Positions 11,007-24,137 of a stretch of 64,000 nt of DNA are shown piece after piece (the stretch's first letter is position 1; every line of letters begins with the position of its first letter). This DNA is from Malacoraja senta (lineage: Eukaryota). The DNA is taken from positions 24,864,001 to 24,928,000 of the forward strand of contig CM075989.1 in NCBI GenBank assembly GCA_038087875.1, written 5' to 3'. The translations under genes were made by a program, and so were the position numbers. The notes under the pieces were generated by a model, which worked only from the letters and a program-made list of their open reading frames with translations, ran no database searches and had not been told where the DNA came from.

Positions 11007-12871
11007 AAAACATCCTTGAATTGTTTCCTCTATCCGTTTGATTAATCTCGCCCTGTCATGGGGTTCCCATTCAGGAGTCTGGCATTAGGTGATCTGGTTG
11101 TTTGCATGCCATATTAGAGCCAGTGGAGAAGTAGAGATTCACTTGTCTTGGGACAGGATGTTTACCATGACTTATTCTGATGGTGGATGTTCCAGTACTG
11201 GTACATCCACCATCAGAATAAGTAATGGTAAACATCCTGTTCTGGATTGAGAGCTTGAAGAAGGGTCTCGACGTGAAACATCAGCCTGACCCACTGAGTT
11301 ACTCCAGCACTTTGCTTCCTTTTGTGTATTAACCAGCAAATGTAGTTGTTGGATTTCTACTATTGATACAATGATAAAACTGTACTGGCTTATAGTGGAC
11401 AATCGGCAATAACGGGCACCATTTCCCCCACCCGTCGTCCATTATAACGAGGGGTTACTGTACCATGTTCCTGGTGTGTTGCTCTTCTCAGATGATGAAG
11501 ATAAAGATGCAAACTCCTATCTGAGCTCTCTCCCCCTCTCCACTCTTTCCTCACCAACATCCATTAGCTTCCCAAGCCACAATGGATCTATCAAACATGA
11601 ATTAAACAGAAAATGTTGGATACACTCTGCATGTCAGAAACATCTGCAGAAACTCTTCATCTTGCCCAACAAGATGTTCCTCCTCGTTGTTTATCCTTCT
11701 GCAGCCTCTGGTGGCCCTATTGTAAACACTTTGCTTCAGGAAGACTGCAGTGAGACCCAGTTGAAAATGGTACGACAGAGCAGAAATGTTGATGTAGAAT
11801 GGAATACTTGTCATTGAAAGCCAGCGAACAGATGCAGCCGGCACTGAAAAGAAAGGGGTATGTTAGTCTTTATAACAAGACTATTTGAATAAACAGCGCT
11901 GCAATGTTATATTGAGCCTCAGTGAGATAGCTAAACTCTGTTCAGTTTTAATCTGCTTACCTAAAGAAGATTGTACTTGTTATCGAGGGGGGTGCAGCAA
12001 AGATTCACCAGACTGGTTTCTGAAACACATTGAGTTGGCTAGGCCTCTAGTGTCTTGAGTTTGGTTCAGTGAGAACTGACTAGATTGAAACATACAAGAT
12101 ATTTAGAAGATTCAATAGATTAAATTCCTGGAGTATGGAGGTAGAGCTCAGTTTCAGACTGCTTTGGACTAAAATAAGGGGAAATTTCTTCACCGGTAGA
12201 TTGCTGATTCTTTGTAGTCCTTTATCCCAGAGAACTCTGATAGATTCCTGGATAGTAAAGGAATTGAGTGACAGGAAAATGTTGTGGAAGATCAGCAGGT
12301 TAGAAGGACTGAGCGGTCCACTCCTGTTTTTTGTTCTCCACCATGCATTCATTAGTTTTTTTATGAGATCATGCATCCATTCGAAAGGAATAGTCTGAAG
12401 AAGGGTTTCGGCCCGAAACGTTGCCTATTTCCTTCGCTCCATAGATGCTGCTGCACCCGCTGAGTTTCTCCAGCATTTTTGTGTACCAGAAATACCAAAC
12501 CTCTTTCCATTAACTACATGATCCTAAGATACAGCAAACTACCCACAAACAACATGTTCAGAAAGTTGTTTAAATTGCATGCCCCAATCCACCACAAGAA
12601 CATCAACGAGCACTATTTGGCATATCAGCCATGATCATATTGAATGGCGGTGCAGGCTCGAAGGACCGAATGGCCTACTCCTGCACATATTTTACTATGT
12701 CTCTATGTTTCTATAAGGTCAGGAACTTATAGAAAGGGTAAAAGTTATCTTGATCAAAGGTTGAAGGACTTCCTAGAAAGTGGTTGGAAGTTGTGTGCAT
12801 TTTTCTTGGATCTTGTTTTGGAAAGAATTTTTGTGCTGATATGAGACTAAGGCAGAACAATATAACTTGTT

Positions 12872-14896
12872 AAAGAAGGAACTGCATATGCTGGAAAATC
12901 GAAGGTACACAAAAATGCTGGAGAAACTCAGCGGGTGCAGCAGCATCTATGGAGCGAAGGAAATAGGTAACGTTTCGGGCCGAAACCCTTCTTCAGACTG
13001 ATAGGGGGTGGGGAGAAGAAAGGAAAAAAGGAAAAGGAGGAGGAGGAGCCCGAGGGCTGGGGGAGGGGCGGAGACAACCAGATGGCTGATGAAGGGGAGG
13101 GGACAGCCAGGGCTAGCAGAATTGGGAGAATTCAACGTTCAGGCCACCAGGATGTAGACTGCCCAAGCGGAATATGAGGTGCATTTCCTCCAATTTACGG
13201 TGTTGCTCGCTGTGGCCATGGAGGAGACCCAGGACAGAGAGGTCAGATACGGAATGGGAGGGGGAGTTGAAGTGCTGAGCCACCGGGAGTTCAGGTTGGT
13301 TATTGCGGACCGACCGGAGGTGTTCGGCGAAACGATCGCCAAGCCTCCGCTTGGTCTCACCGATGTAGATCAGCTGGCATCTAGAGCAGCGAATGCAATA
13401 GATGAGGTTGGAGGAGATGCAGGTGAACCTCTGTCGCACCTGGAACGACTGCTTGGGTCCTGGAATAACTTTTCATTTGACTCCTCCCATTTCCTCCAAA
13501 TACAAGGCGTAGCTATGGGCACACGCATGGGCCCCAGCTACGCCTGCCTCTTTGTCGGGTACGTAGAACAATCCCTGTTCAATGCGTACCGGGGCCCCAT
13601 CCCCGACCTCTACCTCCGCTACATCGATGATTGTTTTGGTGCCACATCCTGCACCCACACACAACTGACTGACTTCATCCGCTTCACCACCAACTTCCAT
13701 CCGGCACTCAAATACACCTGGACCATTTCCGACACTTCCCTACCATTCCTTGACCTCACTATCTCCATCGCAGGTGATAGACTCCTTACCGACATCCACT
13801 ACAAACCTACCGACTCCCATGGCTATCTGGACTACACTTCTTCCCACCCTGCTTCCTGTAAGGACTCCATCCCCCACTCCCAATTCCTCCGTCTACGCCG
13901 CATCTGCTCCCAGGATGAGGCGTTCCACACCAGGGCATCTGAAATGTCCTCATTCTTCAGGGAACGGGGGTTCCCCTCCTCCACCATAGATGAGGCTCGC
14001 ACCAGGGTCTCTGCCATACCCCGCAACACTGCTCTCTCTCCCCATCCCCCCACTCACAACAAAGGCAGAGTCCCCCTAGTCCTCACCTTTCACCCCACCA
14101 GCCGTCACATACAACAAGTGATCCTCCGTCAGTTCCGCCACCTCCAATGTGACCCCACCACTCGCCACATCTTCCCATCTCCCCCTATGTCTGCCTTCCG
14201 CAAAGATCGCTCCCTCCGTAACTCCCTTGTCAATTCTTCCCTTCCCTCCCATACCACCCCCTCCCCTGGTACTTTCCCTTGCAACCGCAAGAGATGCAAC
14301 ACTTGTCCCTTCACTTCCCCCCTCCACTCCATTCCAGGACCCAAGCAGTCGTTCCAGGTGCGACAGAGGTTCACCTGCATCTCCTCCAACCTCATCTATT
14401 GCATTCGCTGCTCTAGATGCCAGCTGATCTACATCGGTGAGACCAAGCGGAGGCTTGGCGATCGTTTCGCCGAACACCTCCGGTCGGTCCGCAATAACCA
14501 ACCTGAACTCCCGGTGGCTCAGCACTTCAACTCCCCCTCCCATTCCGTATCTGACCTCTCTGTCCTGGGTCTCCTCCATGGCCACAGCGAGCAACACCGT
14601 AAATTGGAGGAAATGCACCTCATATTCCGCTTGGGCAGTCTACATCCTGGTGGCCTGAACGTTGAATTCTCCCAATTCTGCTAGCCCTGGCTGTCCCCTC
14701 CCCTTCATCAGCCATCTGGTTGTCTCCGCCCCTCCCCCAGCCCTCGGGCTCCTCCTCCTCCTTTTCCTTTTTTCCTTTCTTCTCCCCACCCCCTATCAGT
14801 CTGAAGAAGGGTTTCGGCCCGAAACGTTACCTATTTCCTTCGCTCCATAGATGCTGCTGCACCCGCTGAGTTTCTCCAGCATTTTTGTGTACCTTC
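12872..14896 (+). mobile_element. Penelope-like retroelement (Neptune-like), 5'-truncated with inverted terminal copy
   Basis: RT motifs QGVAMG and YLRYIDD, Cys linker CNRKRCNTC, GIY-YIG (LIY...YIGET...RFAEH). Arms 12901-13466 and 14331-14896 are inverted copies. TSD AGAACAATATAACTTGTT (12854-12871, 14897-14914). Confidence 0.93.
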
Positions 14897-15396
14897 AGAA
14901 CAATATAACTTGTTGGCTCCAAGGTCAACCAGACAGTTTATTGCTTTGGGCTAAGCTGGACCTTTTATGAAGACACATGGGCAACAACAGTTAGAAAATT
15001 TTAAATTAAATGATTAGATTTTCATTTACAATTCTCAGAATTTGTTTATATTCTCTGGCCATTCTATAGAAAATAAATGTGCAGAATCAACCTATGAAAG
15101 CCAATGTGTATCTCTGGAGGTTATGGCAGGATTATGTTCCTGCTTGTAACCCAAACAGATCACAAGTGGAAATATGAACTGTGTTCCCACCCAGCACAAG
15201 ATGGTTGCAGCCCCACACCAGTCGGTAAATCCACCGCGCCACTCTCAAAGGCTTGTCCATTTGTCCAGGGTGATCGTAAACTGGGGCAATTATCAAATCA
15301 AAAGATCGCTGTTGTCCAGTCTTCTTTCTACAGCAACTTTAAAAATCATTCCTACTATTGGGATAAGCTAGCCAATGGGAAAGAATATGTGTTCTG

Positions 15397-15640
15397 GTAC
15401 AGCAGTAGAGTTGCTGCCTTATAGCGCCAGAGTCCCAGGTTCAATCCTGACTACGGGTGCTCTCTGTATAGAGTTTGTACGTTCTCTCTGTGACTGCAAG
15501 GGTTTTCTCCAGGTTAATTAGCTTCTGTAAAATTAACCTAGCATGTAGGATCGAACTAGTGTACGGGTGATCATTGGTCGGTGCGGACTCAGTGGGCCGA
15601 TGGGCCTGTTTCTACCCATTTCTATAAACTAAAACTAAAC
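15397..15640 (+). mobile_element. tRNA-derived V-SINE (HE1-like)
   Basis: tRNA-like head with B-box GGTTCAATCC, central GGGTTTTCTCC domain, (TAAAC)n tail. Other copies near 7355-7595(-), 20205-20465(+), 35930-36200(+), 43200-43465(-), 60480-60770(-) and 61260-61440(-). Confidence 0.8.
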
Positions 15641-15848
15641 ACTCAATGTCATGGTGCAGTTTGTGTTGTGGGTTAAATCACTCTGATCATTCGAACTCTT
15701 CATCATTTTGAGCTTGGAGTAGCTTTTTATATCTTGTCATTCCAATGATGTTCATGTGTTCTGTTTAAAAAATAATGTTACTTTGCTACATAACTTTTGA
15801 TACTATCCATTCAAATTGTAATTATTGAAATGTGTTTCTCTTTGGTAG

Positions 15849-15898
15849 AATGATGTTTGTGTATCCTGGAGACCATCGTCAGAATATTCCGGAAACCT
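15849..15898 (+). CDS. STARD5: STARD5 exon 2
   Basis: 50-bp AG/GT exon NDVCVSWRPSSEYSGNL. Confidence 0.93.
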
Positions 15899-18028
15899 GT
15901 GAGTGTTCATTTAGTCATCCTCCATGAAAGCCCTTGTGATTAAATGAATTGTGCATTGTCTGGCAACAGTTGCAGCTGACTTAAGAGTTTGGTTGCTGCT
16001 CGAATGTGAATTATAAGTATAGAATTGATTAGTGCAGTGTAGTTCTTTCTGTATCCAGATGTCATTCGTTATAAATATGTACAGACCTCCCATTGTACCA
16101 AGTTTACAATAGTCAGAGAGCATTAGATGTTCCAGATGCATTGGCTCTTTATCAAGAGATTCCCATTATTATGTGTGGAAATTTAATTTCAAATAATCAA
16201 TGTGGAATTGGGGGTAAAAAAAATAAACTTGTGTCTGGAACAGTGATTGAAATGTTGTTTTTCCATTTCACAAATCCATGTGGTTCACTGATAGATAAGG
16301 AGAGCAAACATTCATTACAGACCTGGATTACTTGATCCAAACCCACTAGTGTGGTGAACTCTTAACTGTCTCCAGGAATGGCCTGGAGGGGTTGGTTTCG
16401 GTTCATTATTGTCACGTGTACTGAAGTGCAGTGAAAGGTTTTGTTTGCATGCTATCCAATCAAATCAGATGTATGATAATATTCATAAACACAATCAAGC
16501 CAAACTCAAGTACCATAAGTAGAAAAGAGATTTAAAAGAGTAGTGTGGTTGTATTGGATGATAGTCGAGCCTCCCCTGGGACCAGCATGCAAAACGTACA
16601 TTGTAAATGCCAGTCTTGCCAGTGCCCTCTACACTCCATGAAATAATTCTTCCAAAAATGTTAGTTTTTCCATCAAGAATATTAGAAATTTGGAATTGTC
16701 TCAATAGACAGTAGGGCCAATTGTAGGTTTCTAGAATGAGAATAATACTTGTCATAGAGTGACACAGTGTGGAAACAGGCCCTTCGGCCCAACTTGCCCA
16801 CACCGGCCAACATGTCCCAGCTCCACTAGTCCCACCTGTCTGCGTTTAGTCCATATGTGGACCATATTGGTCCATTTGTGTTGAGAAATGAAGTTGAGGC
16901 TTGAAGAGGTTGAACTTATCCTGTTGCCATTATGTCTGAAGCTGATCCACAAGCTCAGTGCACAACTGCACTTCGGGGAACTGCATATCACACCTGCCTC
17001 TTCATCGTATCTTTGTCAATCAAAAGAACCATGTGTAAGATCTGACATTCTTGTGTTATTTTTTTCAATGTGTTATTTTGCAGGTTCCTATATATGTGGG
17101 GATTGGAAATGTTTTTTCCTCATTTCTCGACGTCTTTTTACAGGGTTAAATTTATAGTTGGTTTGGTTGCATGTTACTGTTAACACAAGATTACTAGTGA
17201 ACTAACTACACCCGTGTGCAGAGATTAAGCAGAAAGCTGATGGCAATGAGATTGTGGGTGGCACCAATTATATTTCACAATTTGCATTTGAATGGTTCTG
17301 GCTGTTTAAAAATACTTAAGGGAAATGTAATGTTGAAACTGGGCGTTAAGCCAATGAGCAGAGGAAAAATTGCCGTATGCATATCGATGGGTTTTAAGGA
17401 GAGAACACAAAGAGAAGCCGAATTGGCCACTCTACCGATGAATACATCGTGCCTGTTCTTCTCATCGGTCATTTGGTCAACCACTCAGAGAGGAGAAGAA
17501 ACTACTACGTAAGAATATTTTACCTTTTGTTGAGATTAAAGGAAGAGGCAGGTGGAGAGGTTGAGATTAAAGATGGAATTCTTAGATGTTGGTATCGTGA
17601 TGGCTGGAGGTCCAGTTGCCAGCAGTGAAGGGAAGGGTCAGGTGGAGAGATTGAGTTTCGAGCCACATTAGATCCATATGCAGAAGATGAGAAATTTTAA
17701 CTGGAAATATTGGGCATCCTGGAGACATTATTGTTTCCACATTTATGGCTGTATAAAGCAGTAGGCAGTTACAAGCCGATAGTATTTACACATAAATTCA
17801 TTCATTCATACATTTTGGAATCAAAAAGTATCTGGTAGCAAAGATCAAATGCAGAGTAAGGTTCTGGCCAACAGTGTGCTCTATCTGTTACTATGACATC
17901 CTTCCCCCTTACTATGACTTTTTAATAATTTAAAACGTTGCTAATTTCTAAGTTGTAAAATATAGCTGTCAGTTATTGTTATGAATCGTATGTCCTTTTT
18001 TCTTTTGTTATTGTTGTCGTTAACCCAG

Positions 18029-18161
18029 GTACAAAGGTGAGGGGATCATTAAAGGTGCACCACAGGAAGTTTGGGAATGTCTCAAACCAGTGCCTGATGG
18101 ACTAAGAGTGAAGTGGGACAAAAATGTGAAAGTGTTTGAGCTGATTGAGACCATCAATGAT
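18029..18161 (+). CDS. STARD5: STARD5 exon 3
   Basis: YKGEGIIKGAPQEVWECLKPVPDGLRVKWDKNVKVFELIETIND. Confidence 0.95.
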
Positions 18162-19384
18162 GTAAGTTTATTAGCCATGCTTGATATAACTTGCAAGAAT
18201 AATTCTGGTTGGTGCTTTGTTGGCTCCAGGCAGTGGCATGGCAATGCTCATAGCTGGTGATGCCCAGGGAGTGAGAGGACTCAACATCAGTTGATGCTAC
18301 AATAGACAATAGGTGCAGGAGTAGGCCATTCGGCCCTTCGAGCCAGCACCTACTTTAGCCACATTCCTCCAAATGGAAAATCTGGAGTCTATATCATTTT
18401 ATAAATCCGAAATTATCTCCAGATTGTGCCATTCTCTTAGTGATGAAATTTCATGGAGAAATACAGCACAAAACAGGACATTCAACCCACCAAGTCCATG
18501 CCAACCTTCAACCACCCACATGTGAATTCTACATGAATCCAATTTTTTCTCCCTACATGTTCATCAACTTCCTTTAAATTCCACCACTCACTAACACAGG
18601 TAATTTACAGTGGCCAAATAACATTCCAACCTGTACATCTTTGGAATGTGGGAGGAACACTGAGAAAACCCACATGGTAAACTCCAGGCAGACCATCCAT
18701 CTACCCATTCTGCCACTGCTGCGCTTCTTTCTCTTTGTATGAATGTCCTACCCCATCCATTTCTCTCCAAGATGGACTTGTGTTTCTGTCTGGATCTCAG
18801 GAGAACCCACTCCCTCCTGAGTCAGAGGCAAGTGACAACAAATAAACCACGCGGACACTTGTGTTCATGTGGTCTGGTTCATATTTAACGCACTGTCATT
18901 TGAGGCTTGCTGTTTATACTGAAGAAACTAAAAACAGTAACTAATATTTTACTCTGGGTGAATTGTCATCTGTGCAAGAAAGACAACTAGTTATGATATT
19001 TTATTTGACACATCTATCATCTGCATTAAACGGATGGGCGATCTCTGTGGAGATGCACATGTGTCTTTCTGGCCACTTCAACCAGTGACTAAAAGTTGGA
19101 CAAATCTGAAAGTGGCTCGCAGTTGTCAAATTGGCAACTGAACCTTGCCACCAAATCCAGGATAGTTGCATTGAGTTTGTCATTTGATGTCTGTTAATAC
19201 ATATCACTCATTTTGTTCAGTAAGAAACTTTGGGAAAGTGGCTATGAAATATTACTGTCTTATTTAAGAAACCTGGTGCCCTATTTGAGAATTAGGCTTA
19301 AAATATGTGGAGAATCATGTTAGGTACGCAACAGAAAATGGTTGATAAATGAAATCGTGACTTGTTTGTACTCTATCGCTCTAG

Positions 19385-19502
19385 ACTCTGTCCGTGTGCA
19401 GGACGGTTACACCTTCAGCGGCCCTTGGCATTATCTCCCCAAGAGACTTTGTGGATGTCATTTTAATCAAACAATATGAAGATGGAACAATATCCTCTAA
19501 TG
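19385..19502 (+). CDS. STARD5: STARD5 exon 4
   Basis: TLSVCRTVTPSAALGIISPRDFVDVILIKQYEDGTISSN (START-domain SPRDFV). Confidence 0.95.
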
Positions 19503-19899
19503 GTAACTATCGCACTGCTGGTTTAGCTCAAGTAGAGTAAAATAAAATGTCCAAAGTGGGGAAAACGTCTTCATTTATTTTTAAATTATTATTGATGGGA
19601 TTAAAGGGAATTCCCACAAACTCCGGGCAATATGTTGATCCTCTAAATTTGCTCAGCAAGTCACTGGGTGTAAGAACAATTACCAATGGGTGATAACCTG
19701 GCCTTCCTGCCAGTGGCCTCCATCAGAGAATTAATATAGATTTGAATTTGTGTCCTGGCTTGCTTCATAAATCGGTGAACCACCGTACAAAGCTCTGTGG
19801 TCAAATAAAGTAAATCTTGTTGCATGCTGTGTTCCCATGCGGTTTCAATGTCTTATGCCACCATTATGTGAAGTGACAAATATTCTGTTTTCTTCACAG

Positions 19900-19993
19900 C
19901 TACTAATGTAGAACACCCTGGCTGTCGTCCAAAGCCTCATTACGTGAGAGGATTCAATCATCCGTGTGGATGTTTCTGTGCTCCCCTTTCAGG
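19900..19993 (+). CDS. STARD5: STARD5 exon 5
   Basis: ATNVEHPGCRPKPHYVRGFNHPCGCFCAPLSG. Confidence 0.95.
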
Positions 19994-20473
19994 GTAAAGT
20001 TCATTTTTAATTTTTCTCATTCTGTTTTTCATTGAAAGTGACTCCTTTCTATCCTGAAATTTCCAAATTCAGCCAGGACATCCATTTTATTGAACAGAAC
20101 ATATTAACCTAGTTCCTGCTATGGGTGACCATGAACTGTACAATTGTAAATTCAGCATTATTCTTATACAAAGATTATTTTTTATAAGGTTCTTGAATTC
20201 ATGGTGAGAGCAACTGCCTACTTGCTGCCTTAGCGTCAGAGACCCGGGTTCCATCCTGACTATGGGTGCTGTCTGTACAGCGTTTGCATGCTCTCCTTGG
20301 ACCGCCTGGGTTTTCTCCGGGTGCTCCAGTTTCCTACCACACTCCAAAATGAGCAGGTTAATTGGCTTCTGTAAATTGTCCCTGGTGTGTAGGATAGAAC
20401 TGGTGTATGGGTCGGTGCAGACTCGGTGGGCCGAAAGGCCTGTTTCCACACTGTATCTCTAAACTGGTTTCAT

Positions 20474-20667
20474 CGGGACCTGCAGCATCTCTGGATAGAA
20501 GGAATGGGTGATGTTTCGGGTCGAGACCCTTCTTCAGGCTCTGTAGTCTGAAGTCTGATGCAGTCTGAAGAAGGGTCTCGACCCGAAACGTCACCCATTC
20601 CTTCTATGCACTCCAGCATTTTGTGTCTATCTTCAGTGTAAACCAGCATCTGCAGTTCCTTCCTACA
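20474..20667. mobile_element. Short hairpin Penelope terminal-repeat insertion
   Basis: Inverted pair of terminal-repeat sequence; TSD CTAAACTGGTTTCAT (20459-20473, 20668-20682). Confidence 0.85.
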
Positions 20668-20862
20668 CTAAACTGGTTTCATGTTGAATGGGATTAGTGC
20701 ACATTATTCAAAAGATAGTCTAGAGAAAGGAGGTTTTCATCACATAATATCCTGGTAGAGAAAGATAAGGGTCCATTGGAGGGATTTGAGATGACATTCT
20801 TTCTCAAAGATGGTAGTGACTCTGAGCCTTTGTACCATAGAGAGCTGTAGAGGCTTATTGTT

Positions 20863-21075
20863 AAAGAAGGAACTGCAGATGCTGGAAAATCGAAGGTACA
20901 CAAAAATGCTGGAGAAACTCAGCGGGTGCAGCAGCATCTATCGAGCGAAGGAAATAGGCAACGTTTCGGGCCGAAACCCTTCTTCAGACTAGTGTTTTGG
21001 CCCGAAACGTTGCCTATTTCCTTCGCTCCATAGATGCTGCAGCACCCGCTGAGTTTCTCCAGCATTTTTGTGTAC
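20863..21075. mobile_element. Short hairpin Penelope terminal-repeat insertion, same subfamily as 12872-14896
   Basis: Same termini as the 2-kb element; TSD CTGTAGAGGCTTATTGTT (20845-20862, 21076-21093). Confidence 0.9.
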
Positions 21076-21252
21076 CTGTAGAGGCTTATTGTTGGATGTG
21101 TAGATGTTTGGATATTTCAAGGGACATGAGGTTAGTGTAAGAAGGTGAGGCTGAGGTCAAAGAGCAGCTATGACATTGAGTGACAGACCAAGCACAGGGA
21201 AGTAATTTTCTTTCTCGTGTTCTCATTATGTGTGCGTTTGTTTCATCACTAG

Positions 21253-21400
21253 GGAGCCACGGAAGACCCAGCTGACCACATTTTTTCAGACTGACCTGGG
21301 TGGCTATCTCCCCCAATCAGTGGTGGACTCTTTCTTTCCATCGAGTATGGCTGAGTTTTACAGCAATCTCTCCAAAGCTGTGAAGACGTTGAAGGCTTGA
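21253..21400 (+). CDS. STARD5: STARD5 exon 6 (terminal)
   Basis: EPRKTQLTTFFQTDLGGYLPQSVVDSFFPSSMAEFYSNLSKAVKTLKA-stop; the six exons total 633 nt = 210 aa. Confidence 0.95.
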
Positions 21401-23449
21401 TGAATGATGATTCCCTGCACCTTTCAACAAACTCTGCTATTCACTTTTGCTGCATTGAAGATCATTTTTTGATTTGAGGATATCATTGGACTGATTTTTC
21501 ATTGCTTTGAAGAGGAAAATAATTCCATAATTATTTTAGAATAATGAATTGAATGGAGAGAGCGTGTCAGAGTTTGACATAATGAGGACCAAAAATAGTA
21601 GAGCTATATATATGTGGACATTGATAATAAATTAAAGAAGAAGTATTTAAATTTCCATTAATTGGGTATCTAATTGAAAATATCTTTATGTACTTTTAAA
21701 GATTTTTAATAACTTTTAATCTTGGATTCAATTGCCCAGAAATGAATAAGATAGTTTTATTTTTCTAATTACATAAAGTACAGGAGCAGTTCAGCAGATT
21801 GTCTCCTTTATTTAAGCGTGAGTTGGATGTCCTGTTTGTCAAGTGTGAAAAGGAAAGGATAGATTAGAGCAACATATGCATTATTGCAACGTGTTCAGAA
21901 CCTGGTCATCGCAAGATGATCTGCACTCTCTCTGGTGCAATCCTGGAGTGGAACTTGAACTATAGGGCAAGCAGTGTCTTTGGAGCCATGCAGCAGTATG
22001 AAGTAGTATTAAGTTGGTTGGCCAGAAGCTGTAAACGTACTTGGAGTAGGTGCAGCTTATACTGAATCTGGCTGATCTGAATTCTGACTTTAAGAACAAT
22101 CCAAGTGGTAAACCTGTAAATGTCCATGTGAGAAATCTGTGATTAAATATTTACAAACATTGAAATTTACTGCGCAGAAGATAGCTATGTGCCCCTTGGG
22201 ACCTCTGCCATTAAAAGGCATATTTATTTCTGGATGGTTATGTAGTCAGTTAATTACTTAACAAAATCTAAGCCACTTTCCAAACAACAATTGGCCCCTG
22301 TGTTTGTCGTGGGAGATGAGGGCTGTCAGCGAAAATCAAGATGAGAGGTTTTGTTGCTTGAGAGATTATTAAGGAATAACTTCAAGATTATTTTCACCAC
22401 AGAATATTCAAAGAAATTGATGCTTTAATCATTGTCTTCCCAAGCTCTCAATTTAGGCAACGGCTCCCTGCATTGGAAAACTGGTGTGACACTGCAATTA
22501 TCTGCAGGATACCTGGCATTGAAAGGTAGTGAGTTAGTCAATGTTTAATCTAATCCATGCATTTGCAAACACTGGCAGATGAGCCGTTGATGCACGTGCT
22601 GCAAGTTTCACCAATTCTTCAATGGTACCAGCCAGCTGCCCCACATTAATCTTCACCAGGACCACTCTTCGGAGGGTACCCGTGTGTATTGGAATACCTA
22701 GTCATTTGCATGTAAATGGTGTATTTAATATTATTACATTTGTCAAAGTGCTCCAATCAGGAAAATCACCAGTAGTATGAATGTTTTTAATTGTTGCATC
22801 CTATAAGCACTAACTCTTGTGATAAAACTTGAATATTCCAAGGGTATAGAATTTGAATGAATTTATTTTCTACCTCCTTTGTGAAAGATGATTTAATTTG
22901 TACAGTATTAGTACTGTAAACATAGGCCAGTATTGTCACACTTTTTATTTTGAATTTGCACTTTTTTTAATGGATTGTAATTTTGGATATCATTATGGAT
23001 GAATCACTTATTTATTTGGAAATGTTTCATTAATTCATAATTGAAGTCATTGTCCCAGTAATGCAAGTCACTGTGTTGCTGGAGATTCATGCATTAAAAT
23101 TTTAAACCTGACTGTTGATCGTGACTTGTCTACAGTTTCAGTCTCGTGTGATGCTGTTCAAAGATAGTCTTTAATTCATTGCTACTGATTCCCTGTCTGC
23201 TGATCTGAAATCTGCAAAGTGGGGGTAAGGAAAGATTTAGCACAACTAATTTTTATCTCTAGGAACAAGGAAGTGCAGATGTTGGTTCACACAAAGGGCT
23301 GGAGTAACTGAGCAGGTCAGGCAGATGTCTAAAGAGTCTTGACCTAAAACATCGCCTATCCATGTTCTCCAGATATGCTGCCTGACCTGCCGAGTTACTC
23401 CAGCCCATCGTGACCTTTTAGTTTTAAACTCTGCTTGTAACTGGAATTG

Positions 23450-23493
23450 GATGATGATGATATGATGATGATGATGATGATGATGATATGATG
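23450..23493. repeat. (GAT)n microsatellite
   Basis: Direct observation. Confidence 0.9.
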
Positions 23494-24137
23494 AGCTGTA
23501 TATACAGACCCAACAAACACATGCCTGAAAGCAATGAGGCTTCTTGTTCCTTTTGTCACTTCAAATTACAATTTTGAATTTCAGAAGGCTAACTGGTGCC
23601 ATTGCAGGGGGGGGGGAAAGCACCTTTGCTTCTAGATGGTTGTAAAGTTGTTTATTTAATAAAGATAACCACTTTCTAAACAGCTTTTGCCCTTTGCCAT
23701 GTTGGTGAAGAAAGGTAAAATGCCTTGAAGGTGGTAGTGAGCAGCCATCTTGAAGCACTGGAGAATAGATTTTGAGATGCCACAGTTGTATTCATTGGTG
23801 AATTAGTTTTATCTTCTAGGTTTTGAGGGAGCGTTTAATGAGCTAGATAAGGAATTATTTGAAGCAAGTCAAGATGATTTTCTATGTGATTGTTAACAAA
23901 AAATGAGAGCTAAAAAAATTGGAGTAACCTATTAATGAACAGAGAAGTAACGAGGAGTCAGTGGATTGATCTTGCATCCGTCACAATTTCCATATTTTGA
24001 ATATAGATAGCTTTAAGTTTGTTTCCTATATAGATTGTTACTTTAGATCAGTGACTATTAAGACTTGTTTAGTTATTTTTTTCAGTCACATGGAAAGCGT
24101 TATTTCATTTTCATTTTTGGGAAAAGATTGAAGAGGT

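Noticed and set aside
13179..14684. 501-aa ORF as a functional or domesticated protein
   Set aside because: The first ~95 aa are the antisense of the inverted arm fused by chance in frame; the RT lacks its N-terminal motifs.
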